A DNA stretch of 64,000 bases from Candidatus Staskawiczbacteria bacterium (GTDB lineage Bacteria; Patescibacteriota; Minisyncoccia; Minisyncoccales; Staskawiczbacteraceae): assembly GCA_903885445.1 (NCBI GenBank), contig CAISIO010000006.1:79309-143308 (forward strand), in the 5' to 3' direction. Below are positions 18,516 through 28,501 of this stretch, one piece after another. The notes below the pieces were generated by a model, which saw nothing but the letters and a program-made list of their open reading frames with translations, was not told where the DNA came from and searched no databases. Both the position numbers and the translations under genes were made by a program. The number at the start of each line of letters is the position of its first letter. Position 1 is the first letter of the stretch.

Positions 18516-19935
18516 TCCTCGGAAATAAATTTTCTGACTTTTTTTCTTCTACTGCTTTTTTAATCCTCCCTGCGGTTTCGGGCAAAAACGGCTCAAGTAA
18601 AATTCCTATTTCTTTTATGGCAAATAATAAATCATTTATGACTTCGGAATTTTTTGTCTCCCAAAGCTTTTCCTCATTTATATATTTATCGCAATAACTT
18701 ATTATTTCCCACACAAGAGAAAGTGCTTCGTTAAATTTAAAACCTTCCACCGCTGAGATGTAACTCTTTTTTACCTCCTTAACCTTTCCGGAAATTTCCT
18801 TGCCTGGCTTCGATTCTTTAATTTCTAGCTTTCCTGCAATACCCAAGACTCTTGCCACCAGATTTCCAATTCCGCCAGCCAAATCAGAATTATATCTTTG
18901 CTCAAACTTTTCGTAGGTAAAATCGCCGTCTTCTGTTGGCACGATTTCCCGCAATAAATAATATCTTACTGCGTCGGTGCCGTATTTTTTGACCAAATCA
19001 AAAGGATTTACCACATTTCCAAGAGACTTAGACATTTTCTGACCTCCCGAAGTTATAAATCCGTGTATAAAAATTTGTTTTGACTGGGGGAGGCCCGCTG
19101 ATAAAAGCATCGCCTGCCACATTGAAGACTGCTGGCGAAGATTATCTTTTCCGGCAACCTGCAATCCAGGCCAAAATTCTTTAAACTTTTTCTTGTCTTC
19201 GGGCCAACCCAAGCACGAGATATAATTCACGAGCGCATCAAACCAAACATACATTACATGCTTATCATCTCCTGGCACCTCAACGCCCCACGGCATTTTT
19301 TCCTTTAATCTTGAAATGCTGAAATCCTCCAATCCTCTTTCGGTAAATCCCATAATCTCGTTGTACCTTTTTCCCGGGATGACAAATTCGGGATTATTTT
19401 TATAAAACGCCAAAAGCTTTTTTTGATATTTAGAATATCTAAAAAAATAATTTTCTTCTTCTATTATTTCTAACTCCAAATTAGGATGTATAGGGCATCT
19501 TCCATTAACAAGCTCTGATTCAGTTTTTTCCAATTCGCACCCAATGCAATATTTTATTTTATAATTTTTTAAATATATGTCCCCGTTTTTATCGCACAGC
19601 TTCCAAAATTCCTGGGCGGCCAGTTGGTGATGTTCGTCTGTTGTTCTTATAAAATTGTTGTAGCTTAAACCAAGCGCTTGTTTTAAATCGTCAAACTTTT
19701 TAGCATAAATATCGCAATATTCTTGAGGGCTTAAATTATTTTCCTGCGCCTTGCGGAAAATCTTTATTCCGTGTTCATCAACTCCTGTATTAAAAAATAC
19801 GTCTTCGCCTAAAGATTTATGATACCTTGCAACCACGTCCGCCTGGATTATTTCCAAAGCAAAACCAATATGCGGGTCGGCATTTACGTATGGCAAGGTT
19901 GTCGTTATGTAGAACTTTTTATTTTTGTCTGTCAT
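18505..19935 (-). CDS. metG: methionyl-tRNA synthetase
   Basis: TTTLPYVNADPHIGF (HIGH-type) and KMSKSLGN. CxxC knuckles CIGCE and GRCPIH. Confidence 0.95.
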   Translation of the reverse strand: MTDKNKKFYITTTLPYVNADPHIGFALEIIQADVVARYHKSLGEDVFFNTGVDEHGIKIFRKAQENNLSPQEYCDIYAKKFDDLKQALGLSYNNFIRTTDEHHQLAAQEFWKLCDKNGDIYLKNYKIKYCIGCELEKTESELVNGRCPIHPNLELEIIEEENYFFRYSKYQKKLLAFYKNNPEFVIPGKRYNEIMGFTERGLEDFSISRLKEKMPWGVEVPGDDKHVMYVWFDALVNYISCLGWPEDKKKFKEFWPGLQVAGKDNLRQQSSMWQAMLLSAGLPQSKQIFIHGFITSGGQKMSKSLGNVVNPFDLVKKYGTDAVRYYLLREIVPTEDGDFTYEKFEQRYNSDLAGGIGNLVARVLGIAGKLEIKESKPGKEISGKVKEVKKSYISAVEGFKFNEALSLVWEIISYCDKYINEEKLWETKNSEVINDLLFAIKEIGILLEPFLPETAGRIKKAVEEKKSENLFPRIAK

Positions 19936-19979
19936 AATATATGAATTATCTAATTCTATATCTTTTCAGCTAAATTTCA

Positions 19980-20426
19980 ATGATTTTACTAGTACACATG
20001 ATATTTGGGGCAGCGGTTGGCTCTGCAGTAAAAAGCATGCCAATCGCCATTACTTTAGCCCTTTTAAGCCACTATTTTTTAGACACGCTTCCGCACATTG
20101 AATATAGTGTCGTAAATATAGAGACCAGGCATTGGCGCAAAACGCTGCCAGATATTTTAAAAATACTTTTAGACTTTTGCTTAGGATTTTTCCTCATACT
20201 GTTGCTTTCAAAAAACCAGCCGATTATTTATATTTGCGCATTTATCGCAATGTTGCCTGATGGTTTTACAATCTTGAATCGTGCTATACCAAATAAAATA
20301 TCGGCTGCCCACGATAAACTCCACGAAAAAATACACTTTTTGAAACATAAAAAAATCTCCAATTTTTGGAGATTTTTTAATCAGGTTATTATTGTTATAA
20401 TTTCAATAATATTATTAAAACCCTAA
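19980..20426 (+). CDS. small integral membrane protein (YdjM/DUF457-like, tentative)
   Basis: 148 aa with four or more hydrophobic segments and conserved His residues (LSHYFLDTLPH). The family assignment is tentative. Confidence 0.55.
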   Translation: MILLVHMIFGAAVGSAVKSMPIAITLALLSHYFLDTLPHIEYSVVNIETRHWRKTLPDILKILLDFCLGFFLILLLSKNQPIIYICAFIAMLPDGFTILNRAIPNKISAAHDKLHEKIHFLKHKKISNFWRFFNQVIIVIISIILLKP

Positions 20427-21457
20427 TCTCCTTCTGAAACTTCTTCTCTTCTCTTTTCTAAAAACTCTTTTGTAAATTCATAGATAATGCCAAAAACGGG
20501 GACCGAAAAGATTACCCCCAAAAATCCGAACAGCTTCGCACCCACAAGCAGTGAAATTAAAACCAGGACCGGTGGGATATCGACCATCTTTTTCATTAAA
20601 AGGGGCGTTAAAAGATTGTTTTCAATCGACTGTATAGCCGTGGCGGCTATCAAAACATATAAGATTACAAACCACGACCCGGAAGAAACCGCAACAAATA
20701 CTATTAATAGGGCGGCAGTAATTAGGGGCCCTATATACGGGACAAAATTTAGAATTCCCGCCAGTAATGCCAAAATAAAAGCATATTTAATCCCAAAAAC
20801 ATAAAAAATAGCAAACGAGCCTACCCCCACGAATAGGCACGCTATGATTCTGGCGCCGAACCAGCCGGATACTTTCTGTTGGGACCTTTTGAAAAGCGCA
20901 GCAACATTTTCCTCATATTTTTTAGGGGATAAAAGAGTTAAAATTTTCTCCGGAGCAGAATTTTCTAAAGATAGAAAAAATGCCGCGGTTAAAATAAAAA
21001 TAGTGGAGTACACTCCTCCTAAAAACGCTGTTACTGCGCTAACGACTCCTTTGGAGCTTTGCGCCAAACCATTCATCAAAAGCTGGGTCAAATCGTTGAA
21101 TGTTTGGGTAGGGTCAATTCCCAACTGCTGTAAAATAGGATTTATTTGCTTGAAGTATTCCGGGAGGTGCTGAGAAAGCTGCCTTAGTTCAGAAATAAAA
21201 AGCGGCGCTGTTAAAAAAATCAGCAAGCCTAAAAGCCCGAAAATAGAAAAATATACCGCGAAAACCGCTAAAAATTTCGGCACCCATAATTTACGTAAAA
21301 AATTTATCGCGGGATCAAGCAGAACAGATACCGCCAGCGCAAAGAAAAACCAAAGGGCGATTTCCCTTGTAAGGTATATAAAATAGAAGATAAAAACCGT
21401 TATGAAAATTTTCGATATCGTTGCCCACGAAATATCTAAAACTTGCTCTTTTTCCAT
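20423..21457 (-). CDS. AI-2E (PerM) family transporter
   Basis: 344-aa polytopic protein with the typical AI-2E length and topology, and a C-terminal GVIFSVPVFG segment. Confidence 0.8.
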   Translation of the reverse strand: MEKEQVLDISWATISKIFITVFIFYFIYLTREIALWFFFALAVSVLLDPAINFLRKLWVPKFLAVFAVYFSIFGLLGLLIFLTAPLFISELRQLSQHLPEYFKQINPILQQLGIDPTQTFNDLTQLLMNGLAQSSKGVVSAVTAFLGGVYSTIFILTAAFFLSLENSAPEKILTLLSPKKYEENVAALFKRSQQKVSGWFGARIIACLFVGVGSFAIFYVFGIKYAFILALLAGILNFVPYIGPLITAALLIVFVAVSSGSWFVILYVLIAATAIQSIENNLLTPLLMKKMVDIPPVLVLISLLVGAKLFGFLGVIFSVPVFGIIYEFTKEFLEKRREEVSEGD

Positions 21458-21469
21458 AATTTAAAAAAT

Positions 21470-22750
21470 TTAAATTTTCAACAATTGCTTTAATTTTCCT
21501 GAATCTTTTTCTTCAACCGGACCAATAACCGCTAAGTTTAATTTTTCAGGTACAAATATATCTTCAGCGACTTTTTTTATATCACCTGCTGTAACTGCAT
21601 CGATTATTTTAAATTTTTCTTCCGGAGTCAAAATATTTTTTTCAAACAGTTCCTGTATTCCATAAAAAGATGCCTGGCTGTCAGAAGAGTCCAAAGACAA
21701 TGAAGTTATCCCCTTTAAATAATCTTTGGCTTTCTGCAATTCTTTTTCCGTAATTTTGTTATCTTTTAAATCTTTGTATTCCTGCAAAATCAATTCTACT
21801 GCTCTTTCTAAATTTTTATGGTCAATCCCGGCTTGCGTGACAAGATATCCTGTATCCGAGGTTTCGTCGGCTGAGGTATGTATTGAATAGGCCAGTCCAT
21901 TTCTTTCCCTGACTTTTATAAAAAGCCGAGAGCTCATATTCCCTCCTAAAATTATAGACAACAAGGCCAAGGCATACTTTCTTTCGTCGAACATATCATA
22001 TGCCCTAACTCCAAGGCAAAAATGCGTCTGGTCTGTTTTTTTATGATGCAACAAAATTCCCGGCTCTTTCTGCGATTCCGTTGCTTTCAGCTTCTGAGGT
22101 TCCACTGTTTTTTCAATACCTTTAAAATAATTTTTTACTTTATTTTCCATCTCCGCCGAATCAATCCCTCCGGCGACGCAAACAATGGTATTTGAGGCAG
22201 AATAATGAGTTTTATAATAATCGACCGCCTTTTTGCGGTTAAAGCTTAAAATATTTTCTTTCTCTCCAATAACCATCCATCCTGCCGGCTGGTCGCCATA
22301 CAAAAGTTTTTCCCACAGGTCGCCAATATACGACATTGGCGTATCCAAATACATATTTGCTTCTTCAACTATTACAGTCCTTTCCCTTTCGGCTTCTTTT
22401 TCATCAAACTTTGAATTTAAAAATATATCCGAAATCCAGTCCAAAGCTACGTCAACGTGCAATTTATCAACCTTCGCCCAAAATCCGGTTACTTCTTTTG
22501 AGGTGAAAGCATTATACTGTCCGCCAACAGAATCGAGCACTTCTGAAATCTGCAAAGTATTTGGTCTCTTTTCGGTTCCTTTAAAAAACATGTGCTCCAA
22601 AAAATGGGAAATCCCGTTTATGTCTTTTGTTTCATATTTGGAGCCCGTTCCAACCAATATCAAAACAGTAACGCTGTTAGCATTTTCCATCGGAACCGAC
22701 AAAATTCTCAATCCATTACCTAGGGTCGTCTTCTTATATAAGTTTGCCAT
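21470..22750 (-). CDS. M16-family zinc peptidase
   Basis: Inverted zinc motif HFLEHMFFKGT (HxxEH). Confidence 0.85.
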   Translation of the reverse strand: MANLYKKTTLGNGLRILSVPMENANSVTVLILVGTGSKYETKDINGISHFLEHMFFKGTEKRPNTLQISEVLDSVGGQYNAFTSKEVTGFWAKVDKLHVDVALDWISDIFLNSKFDEKEAERERTVIVEEANMYLDTPMSYIGDLWEKLLYGDQPAGWMVIGEKENILSFNRKKAVDYYKTHYSASNTIVCVAGGIDSAEMENKVKNYFKGIEKTVEPQKLKATESQKEPGILLHHKKTDQTHFCLGVRAYDMFDERKYALALLSIILGGNMSSRLFIKVRERNGLAYSIHTSADETSDTGYLVTQAGIDHKNLERAVELILQEYKDLKDNKITEKELQKAKDYLKGITSLSLDSSDSQASFYGIQELFEKNILTPEEKFKIIDAVTAGDIKKVAEDIFVPEKLNLAVIGPVEEKDSGKLKQLLKI

Positions 22751-24026
22751 TTATAAATTCTCTTAAATCTTTAATTTTAATCCTTTCCTGCTTCATTGCG
22801 TCGCGGTCTCTGACTGTCACGTCGCCGTTTTCTAATGTGTCAAAATCAATTGTTACGCAAAACGGAGTTCCAATTTCATCCTGGCTGTAATATCTCTTGC
22901 CGATATTTCCTCTGTCGTCAAAAGCGACTGAAAAGTCTTTCTTTAAATTATGATAAACTTCCTGCGCCTTCTTCACCAGTTCCGGCTTATTCTTTAAAAG
23001 TGGGAACACCGCCACTTTATATGGCGCCAATCTTGGTTTTAATTTTAAGACGACTCTATCCTCCTCTTCTTTATAAGCTTCAGAAAGGACTGCCAAAACA
23101 GACCTATCAACTCCAAAAGACGGCTCAATCACATGCGGATATAATTTTTCTCCCGCTTCAACGTCTTCATATGGCGGCTCTTTAAAATGGTTTTTTAAAT
23201 CAAAATCCGTGCGGTAAGCTAATCCATAAAGCTCTTTCTTGCCAAAAGGATAATCATATTCAAAATCAATTGTCTTCTTTGAATAATGCGCTCTTTCTCC
23301 ATCGGGGACATCCAGCTCGTGAATGTCTTTTTCTTTCAATCCCAGCTCATCTGTCATCCAAGACTGCATTTCTTTTCTCCACATCTCAAACGTTTCTTTC
23401 CAATCTTTTTCTTTTATAAAATACTCAATCTCCATTTGTTCAAACTCTCTTGTGCGGAAAATAAAGTTTCCCGGAGTTATTTCATTTCTGAAAGCCTTTC
23501 CAATTTGAGCTATTCCAAAAGGCAATTTTCTTCTTGTCGTATCCAAAACATTTTTAAAATCAACAAACATTGCCTGCGCGGTCTCGGGTCTGAAATAAAC
23601 TATACTCTCGTCATTTTCCACCGGTCCCAAAAAAGTCTTCAGCATTAAATTAAACTGTTTTGCTTCGGTTAATTCTCCTCCACAATCCGGACATTTGTTG
23701 CCCTCTACCAAATCTTTTCTGAATCTGTGATGGCATTTTTTACATTCAACCAATGGGTCTGTAAAATTTTCCAAGTGCCCGGACGCCTGCCAGACCCTTG
23801 TATTCATAATCAAAGCCGCATCTATACCAACCATGTCATCTCGCTGCTGAACAAATCTTTTCCACCACAAATTTTTTATATTGTTTTTCAGCTCAACTCC
23901 CAAGGGGCCGTAATCAAAGGAGTTAGCCAACCCGCCATAGATTTCCGAGCCGGGGAAAATAAAACCGCGCCTTTTGCACAAAGATACGATCTTATCCATT
24001 AATTCTGAATTAACTTCTTTTTTCAT
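22734..24026 (-). CDS. glyQS: glycyl-tRNA synthetase (homodimeric class II type)
   Basis: YFRPETAQAMF, GKAFRNEITP, FEQMEIEYF and GVDR motifs. Confidence 0.95.
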   Translation of the reverse strand: MKKEVNSELMDKIVSLCKRRGFIFPGSEIYGGLANSFDYGPLGVELKNNIKNLWWKRFVQQRDDMVGIDAALIMNTRVWQASGHLENFTDPLVECKKCHHRFRKDLVEGNKCPDCGGELTEAKQFNLMLKTFLGPVENDESIVYFRPETAQAMFVDFKNVLDTTRRKLPFGIAQIGKAFRNEITPGNFIFRTREFEQMEIEYFIKEKDWKETFEMWRKEMQSWMTDELGLKEKDIHELDVPDGERAHYSKKTIDFEYDYPFGKKELYGLAYRTDFDLKNHFKEPPYEDVEAGEKLYPHVIEPSFGVDRSVLAVLSEAYKEEEDRVVLKLKPRLAPYKVAVFPLLKNKPELVKKAQEVYHNLKKDFSVAFDDRGNIGKRYYSQDEIGTPFCVTIDFDTLENGDVTVRDRDAMKQERIKIKDLREFINGKLI

Positions 24027-24081
24027 ATGTTTTAAGTTTATGTAATCTTACCCTTTTGAGCTGGTAATTTCAATGTTAAAT

Positions 24082-24123
24082 AAAAAAAGGCGCCCCAGAG
24101 AGCGTCTTCGGCCCTAGAACGCC
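24082..24123 (-). terminator. Possible terminator of the 78-aa ORF (weak)
   Basis: A GC-rich segment ending in GGGGCGCC is followed on the minus strand by seven T (24088..24082). I could only draw short GGCG/CGCC or GGCGCC/GGCGCC pairings. Confidence 0.3.
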
Positions 24124-24140
24124 AAAATCCTAGAGCTAAT

Positions 24141-24377
24141 CTATTGAGGCGCCACACAGCTCCATTCTCCCACGGAAACCGGGAGCTGATTGTTGGGTTT
24201 TTGTCCGCCATCGTCGGCCGGCTTGTCCTCCTTGCTTTTGCGAGGATAGCTAACGCAAAATCTAAAACCCAACCCGCGGCAAGGGGAATTTTCGTCTCCG
24301 CCTCGATTCGCGCACGTGCGATTGTCGCATGCGACCCCTAAGGCAGCCCTCATCGGGTCTGTTATGACTCCGCTCAT
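24141..24377 (-). CDS. G+C-rich 78-aa protein with five Cys, no recognisable family
   Basis: GAGGAGG lies 6 nt upstream of the ATG at 24377, with a promoter-like element upstream. Cys at residues 17, 22, 33, 41 and 74. No signal peptide or TM segment is visible. Confidence 0.55.
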   Translation of the reverse strand: MSGVITDPMRAALGVACDNRTCANRGGDENSPCRGLGFRFCVSYPRKSKEDKPADDGGQKPNNQLPVSVGEWSCVAPQ

Positions 24378-24446
24378 CGCCGTACCTCCTCAACTAAAGA
24401 AGGTTCAAAGAGCAAATCGAAAGAGAAACTCTCAGCACGTTATATA

Positions 24447-24474
24447 ATTATGAACTTCGCAAAAAAGAAGTCAA
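24447..24474 (-). promoter_or_regulatory. Possible promoter of the 78-aa ORF
   Basis: Minus strand reads TTGACT (24474..24469), a 16-nt spacer, then CATAAT (24452..24447). Confidence 0.35.
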
Positions 24475-24475
24475 C

Positions 24476-24510
24476 AAAAAAACCGCGAAGTTATCCACCG
24501 CGGCTTTTTT
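24476..24510 (-). terminator. Possible terminator after the zinc-ribbon gene
   Basis: A 5-bp stem CCGCG/CGCGG with an 11-nt loop, flanked by an A7 run and a T6 run. Confidence 0.4.
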
Positions 24511-24517
24511 CTGGGTT

Positions 24518-24856
24518 TTATATTCCTAAACTGTTTATTTCATTAAAAGATTGGGTGATTGAATTAACAATTCCCAATGTCATCCAAATTGCGGCCAATA
24601 TTGATATCGCTGTTAAAATAATCGAGATAAAGCCGATTTTCCTTGACTCATAATCGCCCTGCTTTAAATATTTGACAGCATAAATAAGCCCGAAAGGGGG
24701 CAGAAAAAAGCTGACAAAATATACAATGGCTTGTTTGGTAAATGGTGCGCCAATGGGCTCGTCTTTTAATTGCTTTCCGCAAACAGGGCAAAAATTTGCA
24801 TCGGCTTTAACCACGGATTTACACGATGGACAAAACAATTCTATTTGGTTTTCCAT
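24518..24856 (-). CDS. zinc-ribbon membrane protein
   Basis: N-terminal CPSCKSVVKADANFCPVCG followed by two hydrophobic helices. Confidence 0.65.
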   Translation of the reverse strand: MENQIELFCPSCKSVVKADANFCPVCGKQLKDEPIGAPFTKQAIVYFVSFFLPPFGLIYAVKYLKQGDYESRKIGFISIILTAISILAAIWMTLGIVNSITQSFNEINSLGI

Positions 24857-24862
24857 ATATTT

Positions 24863-26527
24863 TTACTGCACTATTCCGCCACCGGAGTTAGCAAAATCAT
24901 CCGGCAAACTCGTGTCGACGCCGTTGTCTTGAGCTGTAATTATTGTATTTGTGAACTGGTTTTCGCCTGAAATTTGTACTTGGCCAATCAATGGCGCCGC
25001 CAATCCTTTTTGTGAAATATCCGGAGTTAAAGAAATCTGAAAAGAAAATGAAACAGGGTCTCCTTTCACGCCGGTGCCCGCTAAAATATCTCCCGCAGAC
25101 CAAACAATTTCACGGCTGGCAGAATCAAAAGAAAAATTCGACGACTCATCTTGCGGCATAATTTGGCCGGTCAAAGTTATATTTTTAGGCAAAACCGCCT
25201 TTACTTTTACATTTTTAGTATCGCTGAAATAATTTTTAATTTCCCAGTTTATCGTATACGTTGTTGCCTTTCCCGCTTTTGGCGGGATTGGACCGGAATT
25301 AGAAATATCGGAATTTTTATAAAATCCCGACTGTGAAATCACTAATCCTGAATTTACCTTTATCGAAAACTTCTGGGTAATCTGGGAAATATTTACTTCA
25401 TCGGCAATCACCGTATTACTTGGGTCTTGCCCCGAGGAATTCCAATCAGTTTTTACCTTAACGCTGAAATCAACCTCTCCCTGCTGCTGAACATCCAAAT
25501 GCCTCAATTGCGAAACCTGGCTGTTGTCCCAAACAATCATATTGTCGTTGTTTTGCGTCTGCCCGCCTTCATCTGCCTGTATAGTGGACAGATCCAAAGC
25601 CGAGCTATCTATTTTTGCCACCAAAAATAGATTGTCAAAAGGCGTAGACCCTATATTCCTAAAAAAAATCTGGTAATGGAGCGTTTCACCGGGAGAGGCG
25701 ACATAAGATGAGGAACCATTGACTGTTTGAGAAATATATAATAACGGCTGTATGGATTGCACATCTGCACTCACCTGCTTTATCACGATAAAGCTACCGT
25801 TTTGCCACATTCCCAGCGAAGCAGAAAAAGTTAAATTTTTATTTGTGTCAGCTGAAATGTTTCCGGTTATACTGATTCTTCCTCCCTGCGCCTTATTCAA
25901 AGTCGGCAACTTCCATTCCAGTCCATCTAAAGAGGAGGGAACGGACGAAACGAAATCAAAACCGGGGATAGAATCAACTTTTATACTAAGATTTTCTAAA
26001 GGATAATCTATGTTGGAAAAATAGTTTATTGAATACTGAAAATTTTTTCCTTTTTCAACTTTTGTCGGCAAATCAAAGTCCAAAGTAATCGGCGTCGAGT
26101 CAACTTTGGTTATAAAACTCGTGTTTGATTCATAAGGCGCAGTTATATTTTTCGGCACATAAGAAAGCGACGCTTTGACGGTTTTTAAGTCACCCTCTTT
26201 ACCTAGAAGCCGCGTTTTAAATTTTACTGATTCCTGGTTCCCCGGATATATGTCTTTTAAATTTTGCACAATCAATGTCCTGCCGTCTTCGGTTAAAGAA
26301 TTATCTGGCAAAACAAAAGTCAATTTGGCTTTTTCTAAAACAAAACTTCCGTTGTTTTTATATTGCACAGTATATTCAACCTCGTCTCCGGTCTTAGCGG
26401 AACTCGGCCCTAAAATTTCCAAACGCAAAATTTCTTTTGAAAATCCGCTTTCCCTATATAGCAGAAACGCCGCGAACGCCAAGACAATAATTACGGGTAT
26501 AACTAAAAAAATAATTTTTCTGTTCAT
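24863..26527 (-). CDS. membrane-anchored or secreted beta-rich repeat protein (hypothetical)
   Basis: N-terminal hydrophobic anchor IIFLVIPVIIVLAFAAFLLY. Long Ser/Thr/Asn-rich sequence typical of cell-surface proteins. Confidence 0.7.
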   Translation of the reverse strand: MNRKIIFLVIPVIIVLAFAAFLLYRESGFSKEILRLEILGPSSAKTGDEVEYTVQYKNNGSFVLEKAKLTFVLPDNSLTEDGRTLIVQNLKDIYPGNQESVKFKTRLLGKEGDLKTVKASLSYVPKNITAPYESNTSFITKVDSTPITLDFDLPTKVEKGKNFQYSINYFSNIDYPLENLSIKVDSIPGFDFVSSVPSSLDGLEWKLPTLNKAQGGRISITGNISADTNKNLTFSASLGMWQNGSFIVIKQVSADVQSIQPLLYISQTVNGSSSYVASPGETLHYQIFFRNIGSTPFDNLFLVAKIDSSALDLSTIQADEGGQTQNNDNMIVWDNSQVSQLRHLDVQQQGEVDFSVKVKTDWNSSGQDPSNTVIADEVNISQITQKFSIKVNSGLVISQSGFYKNSDISNSGPIPPKAGKATTYTINWEIKNYFSDTKNVKVKAVLPKNITLTGQIMPQDESSNFSFDSASREIVWSAGDILAGTGVKGDPVSFSFQISLTPDISQKGLAAPLIGQVQISGENQFTNTIITAQDNGVDTSLPDDFANSGGGIVQ

Positions 26528-26535
26528 GGATTAAA

Positions 26536-27708
26536 TTAGCTTAATTTTAGAAAATAATTTTTCAACCTTGAAATTTGCCAAATTAAAACAGCGTTAAACG
26601 TCAATATTATAACGAAAATAAGAATTAATGAGTTACCTCCCAAGAATATTCCTCCCATCATAGCGACTATAGAAGCTCCCATTGTAGTGACAATATTATC
26701 CATGGCAACGCCGACCAGGGCGTCTCCAATCCTTCCTTTTGGGTTTACTGTAAAGTTATGCACCACTATCATTTCTCCAATACAACCTATAACTCCTGCT
26801 AAAACTCCTGCAACCACAAAAGGTGTTCCGGTTATCGAGCAAAAAACTTCTACGGCTCTAACCATGCTTTCTGCTGCAAACAAGATGGCGATTCCGGAAA
26901 TAAACAAATAAAAAAGTATCGTCAGGGTAGACTTTTTATCATAATATTTTTCTTCTTTTTCTACCTCCTCAACTAATATATTGTCTCTTTTTGTTTTTCT
27001 AAAATAATACATAATAAATATGCACAAAAAGAAAATTACTAACCCAACCGGTTTTACTAATTGATAAAGGTCGCCCGATATGTTTCCTGGAGCGGCTTTA
27101 ACCTGGCCAAAAATTACCATCGAGATAATAACGATAGCCGTTAAGACCGTTAGAACATTAAGAATATCTAAAGAATTGTCTATCTCCGGGAGAGAAGGTT
27201 TTCTCTCGTGGTCTTTCATAGGTATAACTCTGCCCATTTTTGCAAATCCCGGTAGCATTGCCACAGACGTACCTTTTTTGTTTGCTAGGTTTTGCCTGAA
27301 GACGCACCATGCAGCGTGCATAATATTATAAATATTTGAGCCAAAAGTGGTTGAAGCCGCTATTATGGCAAAGCTTATTGCCAATTCATAGTTTTCTTTT
27401 AATAATCCCAAGCTTATAACTGCGGATACGATACCCAAAACCATGTCAGGAAAAGCAGTCCCTAGCGATTGTAAAAGACCGCTGGCAATCTTAGTCCTAC
27501 CGCTTAAGACTTCTGTTGTTTCCTCAATGACTTGCGCTATTCCTTTTAATACAAAAAAGGCTCCGACTATAGTAATCAATATAACGCTGGACATTCTTAC
27601 CCATAAAACGTTCTCCTCGCCCAAAAACCCTTCTAAATAAAAGCGTAAAAATGTCGCGCATATCACCAAAATTAAAATATGTACAAAATGGTTTTTAGAA
27701 ATTTTCAT
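26536..27708 (-). CDS. Ca2+/cation antiporter (CaCA)-like membrane protein
   Basis: Alpha-repeat-like GTAFPDMVLGIVSA and FGSNIYNIM. About 10 TM segments. Confidence 0.7.
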   Translation of the reverse strand: MKISKNHFVHILILVICATFLRFYLEGFLGEENVLWVRMSSVILITIVGAFFVLKGIAQVIEETTEVLSGRTKIASGLLQSLGTAFPDMVLGIVSAVISLGLLKENYELAISFAIIAASTTFGSNIYNIMHAAWCVFRQNLANKKGTSVAMLPGFAKMGRVIPMKDHERKPSLPEIDNSLDILNVLTVLTAIVIISMVIFGQVKAAPGNISGDLYQLVKPVGLVIFFLCIFIMYYFRKTKRDNILVEEVEKEEKYYDKKSTLTILFYLFISGIAILFAAESMVRAVEVFCSITGTPFVVAGVLAGVIGCIGEMIVVHNFTVNPKGRIGDALVGVAMDNIVTTMGASIVAMMGGIFLGGNSLILIFVIILTFNAVLIWQISRLKNYFLKLS

Positions 27709-27767
27709 AAACCTATAGGCATCGCTTTATTTTAACTGTTTCCATTATACCACTTACTACATAACAA

Positions 27768-28496
27768 CTAACAATGCGCTGGACAAAAAAAATGGACAGC
27801 GGTATCTGATATATCCTCCAATAATTTCTGGGAAGACGGCCCTACTTTTATTCTGGATATTGTTTGCCAATCTTTTTTTAAAATCAGCCTTAACACTTTT
27901 GCAACGTCTGAATTTATCTTGCGCGCGGCATTGTCGTGATTTAAGCATTTTTTGCAGATAACGCCTCCAGACTTGTTGGAAAAATATATATCTAACGGAT
28001 TAAGATTCGACCGGCAAGTGGCGCATTTGTCAACCTCTGGTTTATACCCAAGAAGAGAAAGAATATTCCACAAGAAATAGTAATAAATCCGTGCGCGCCT
28101 GCCTTTTTCTGCGTTTTGGTTGTTTAGCCTTGAGAATGTTTCCCTTAACAAGTTAAATATTTCTCTATCTTTTTCTTCGCCTTTTATAAAATCTTCCAAA
28201 ACTTCTCCCACAGCATTGGCGATTTTAAACTTTTCCAAATCCTGCGGAATAGTACTGAATTTCTCTATTGCCACCGCGTCTGTTAAAGTTTTCCGATTTC
28301 TCCCCTGGATAAATTCTATCTCCGACAAATTAAAAATATCAACTCCATTTCTTAGTTTGGAAGCGTTTTTTCTTATCGCTTTGGCAAAAATCTCCATCCG
28401 GCCGAACTCTTCGGTGAAAACAGAAAAATTCCTATTTGACTCGTTTATTTCTTTTTTTTTAAAAATAAAAGCTTTTGTTTTATAGCGGGTCGTCAT
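27768..28496 (-). CDS. recO: DNA repair protein RecO
   Basis: OB-fold N-terminus (KTKAFIFKKKEINESNRNFSVFT) and zinc finger CATCRS..CKKC. Confidence 0.85.
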   Translation of the reverse strand: MTTRYKTKAFIFKKKEINESNRNFSVFTEEFGRMEIFAKAIRKNASKLRNGVDIFNLSEIEFIQGRNRKTLTDAVAIEKFSTIPQDLEKFKIANAVGEVLEDFIKGEEKDREIFNLLRETFSRLNNQNAEKGRRARIYYYFLWNILSLLGYKPEVDKCATCRSNLNPLDIYFSNKSGGVICKKCLNHDNAARKINSDVAKVLRLILKKDWQTISRIKVGPSSQKLLEDISDTAVHFFCPAHC

Positions 28497-28501
28497 GGCG
28501 C

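Noticed and set aside
24144-24341. Plus-strand 65-aa ORF antisense to the 78-aa Cys protein
   Set aside because: It has no SD or promoter on the plus strand, whereas the minus-strand frame has GAGGAGG at the correct distance. Without comparative data this remains the less likely of the two.
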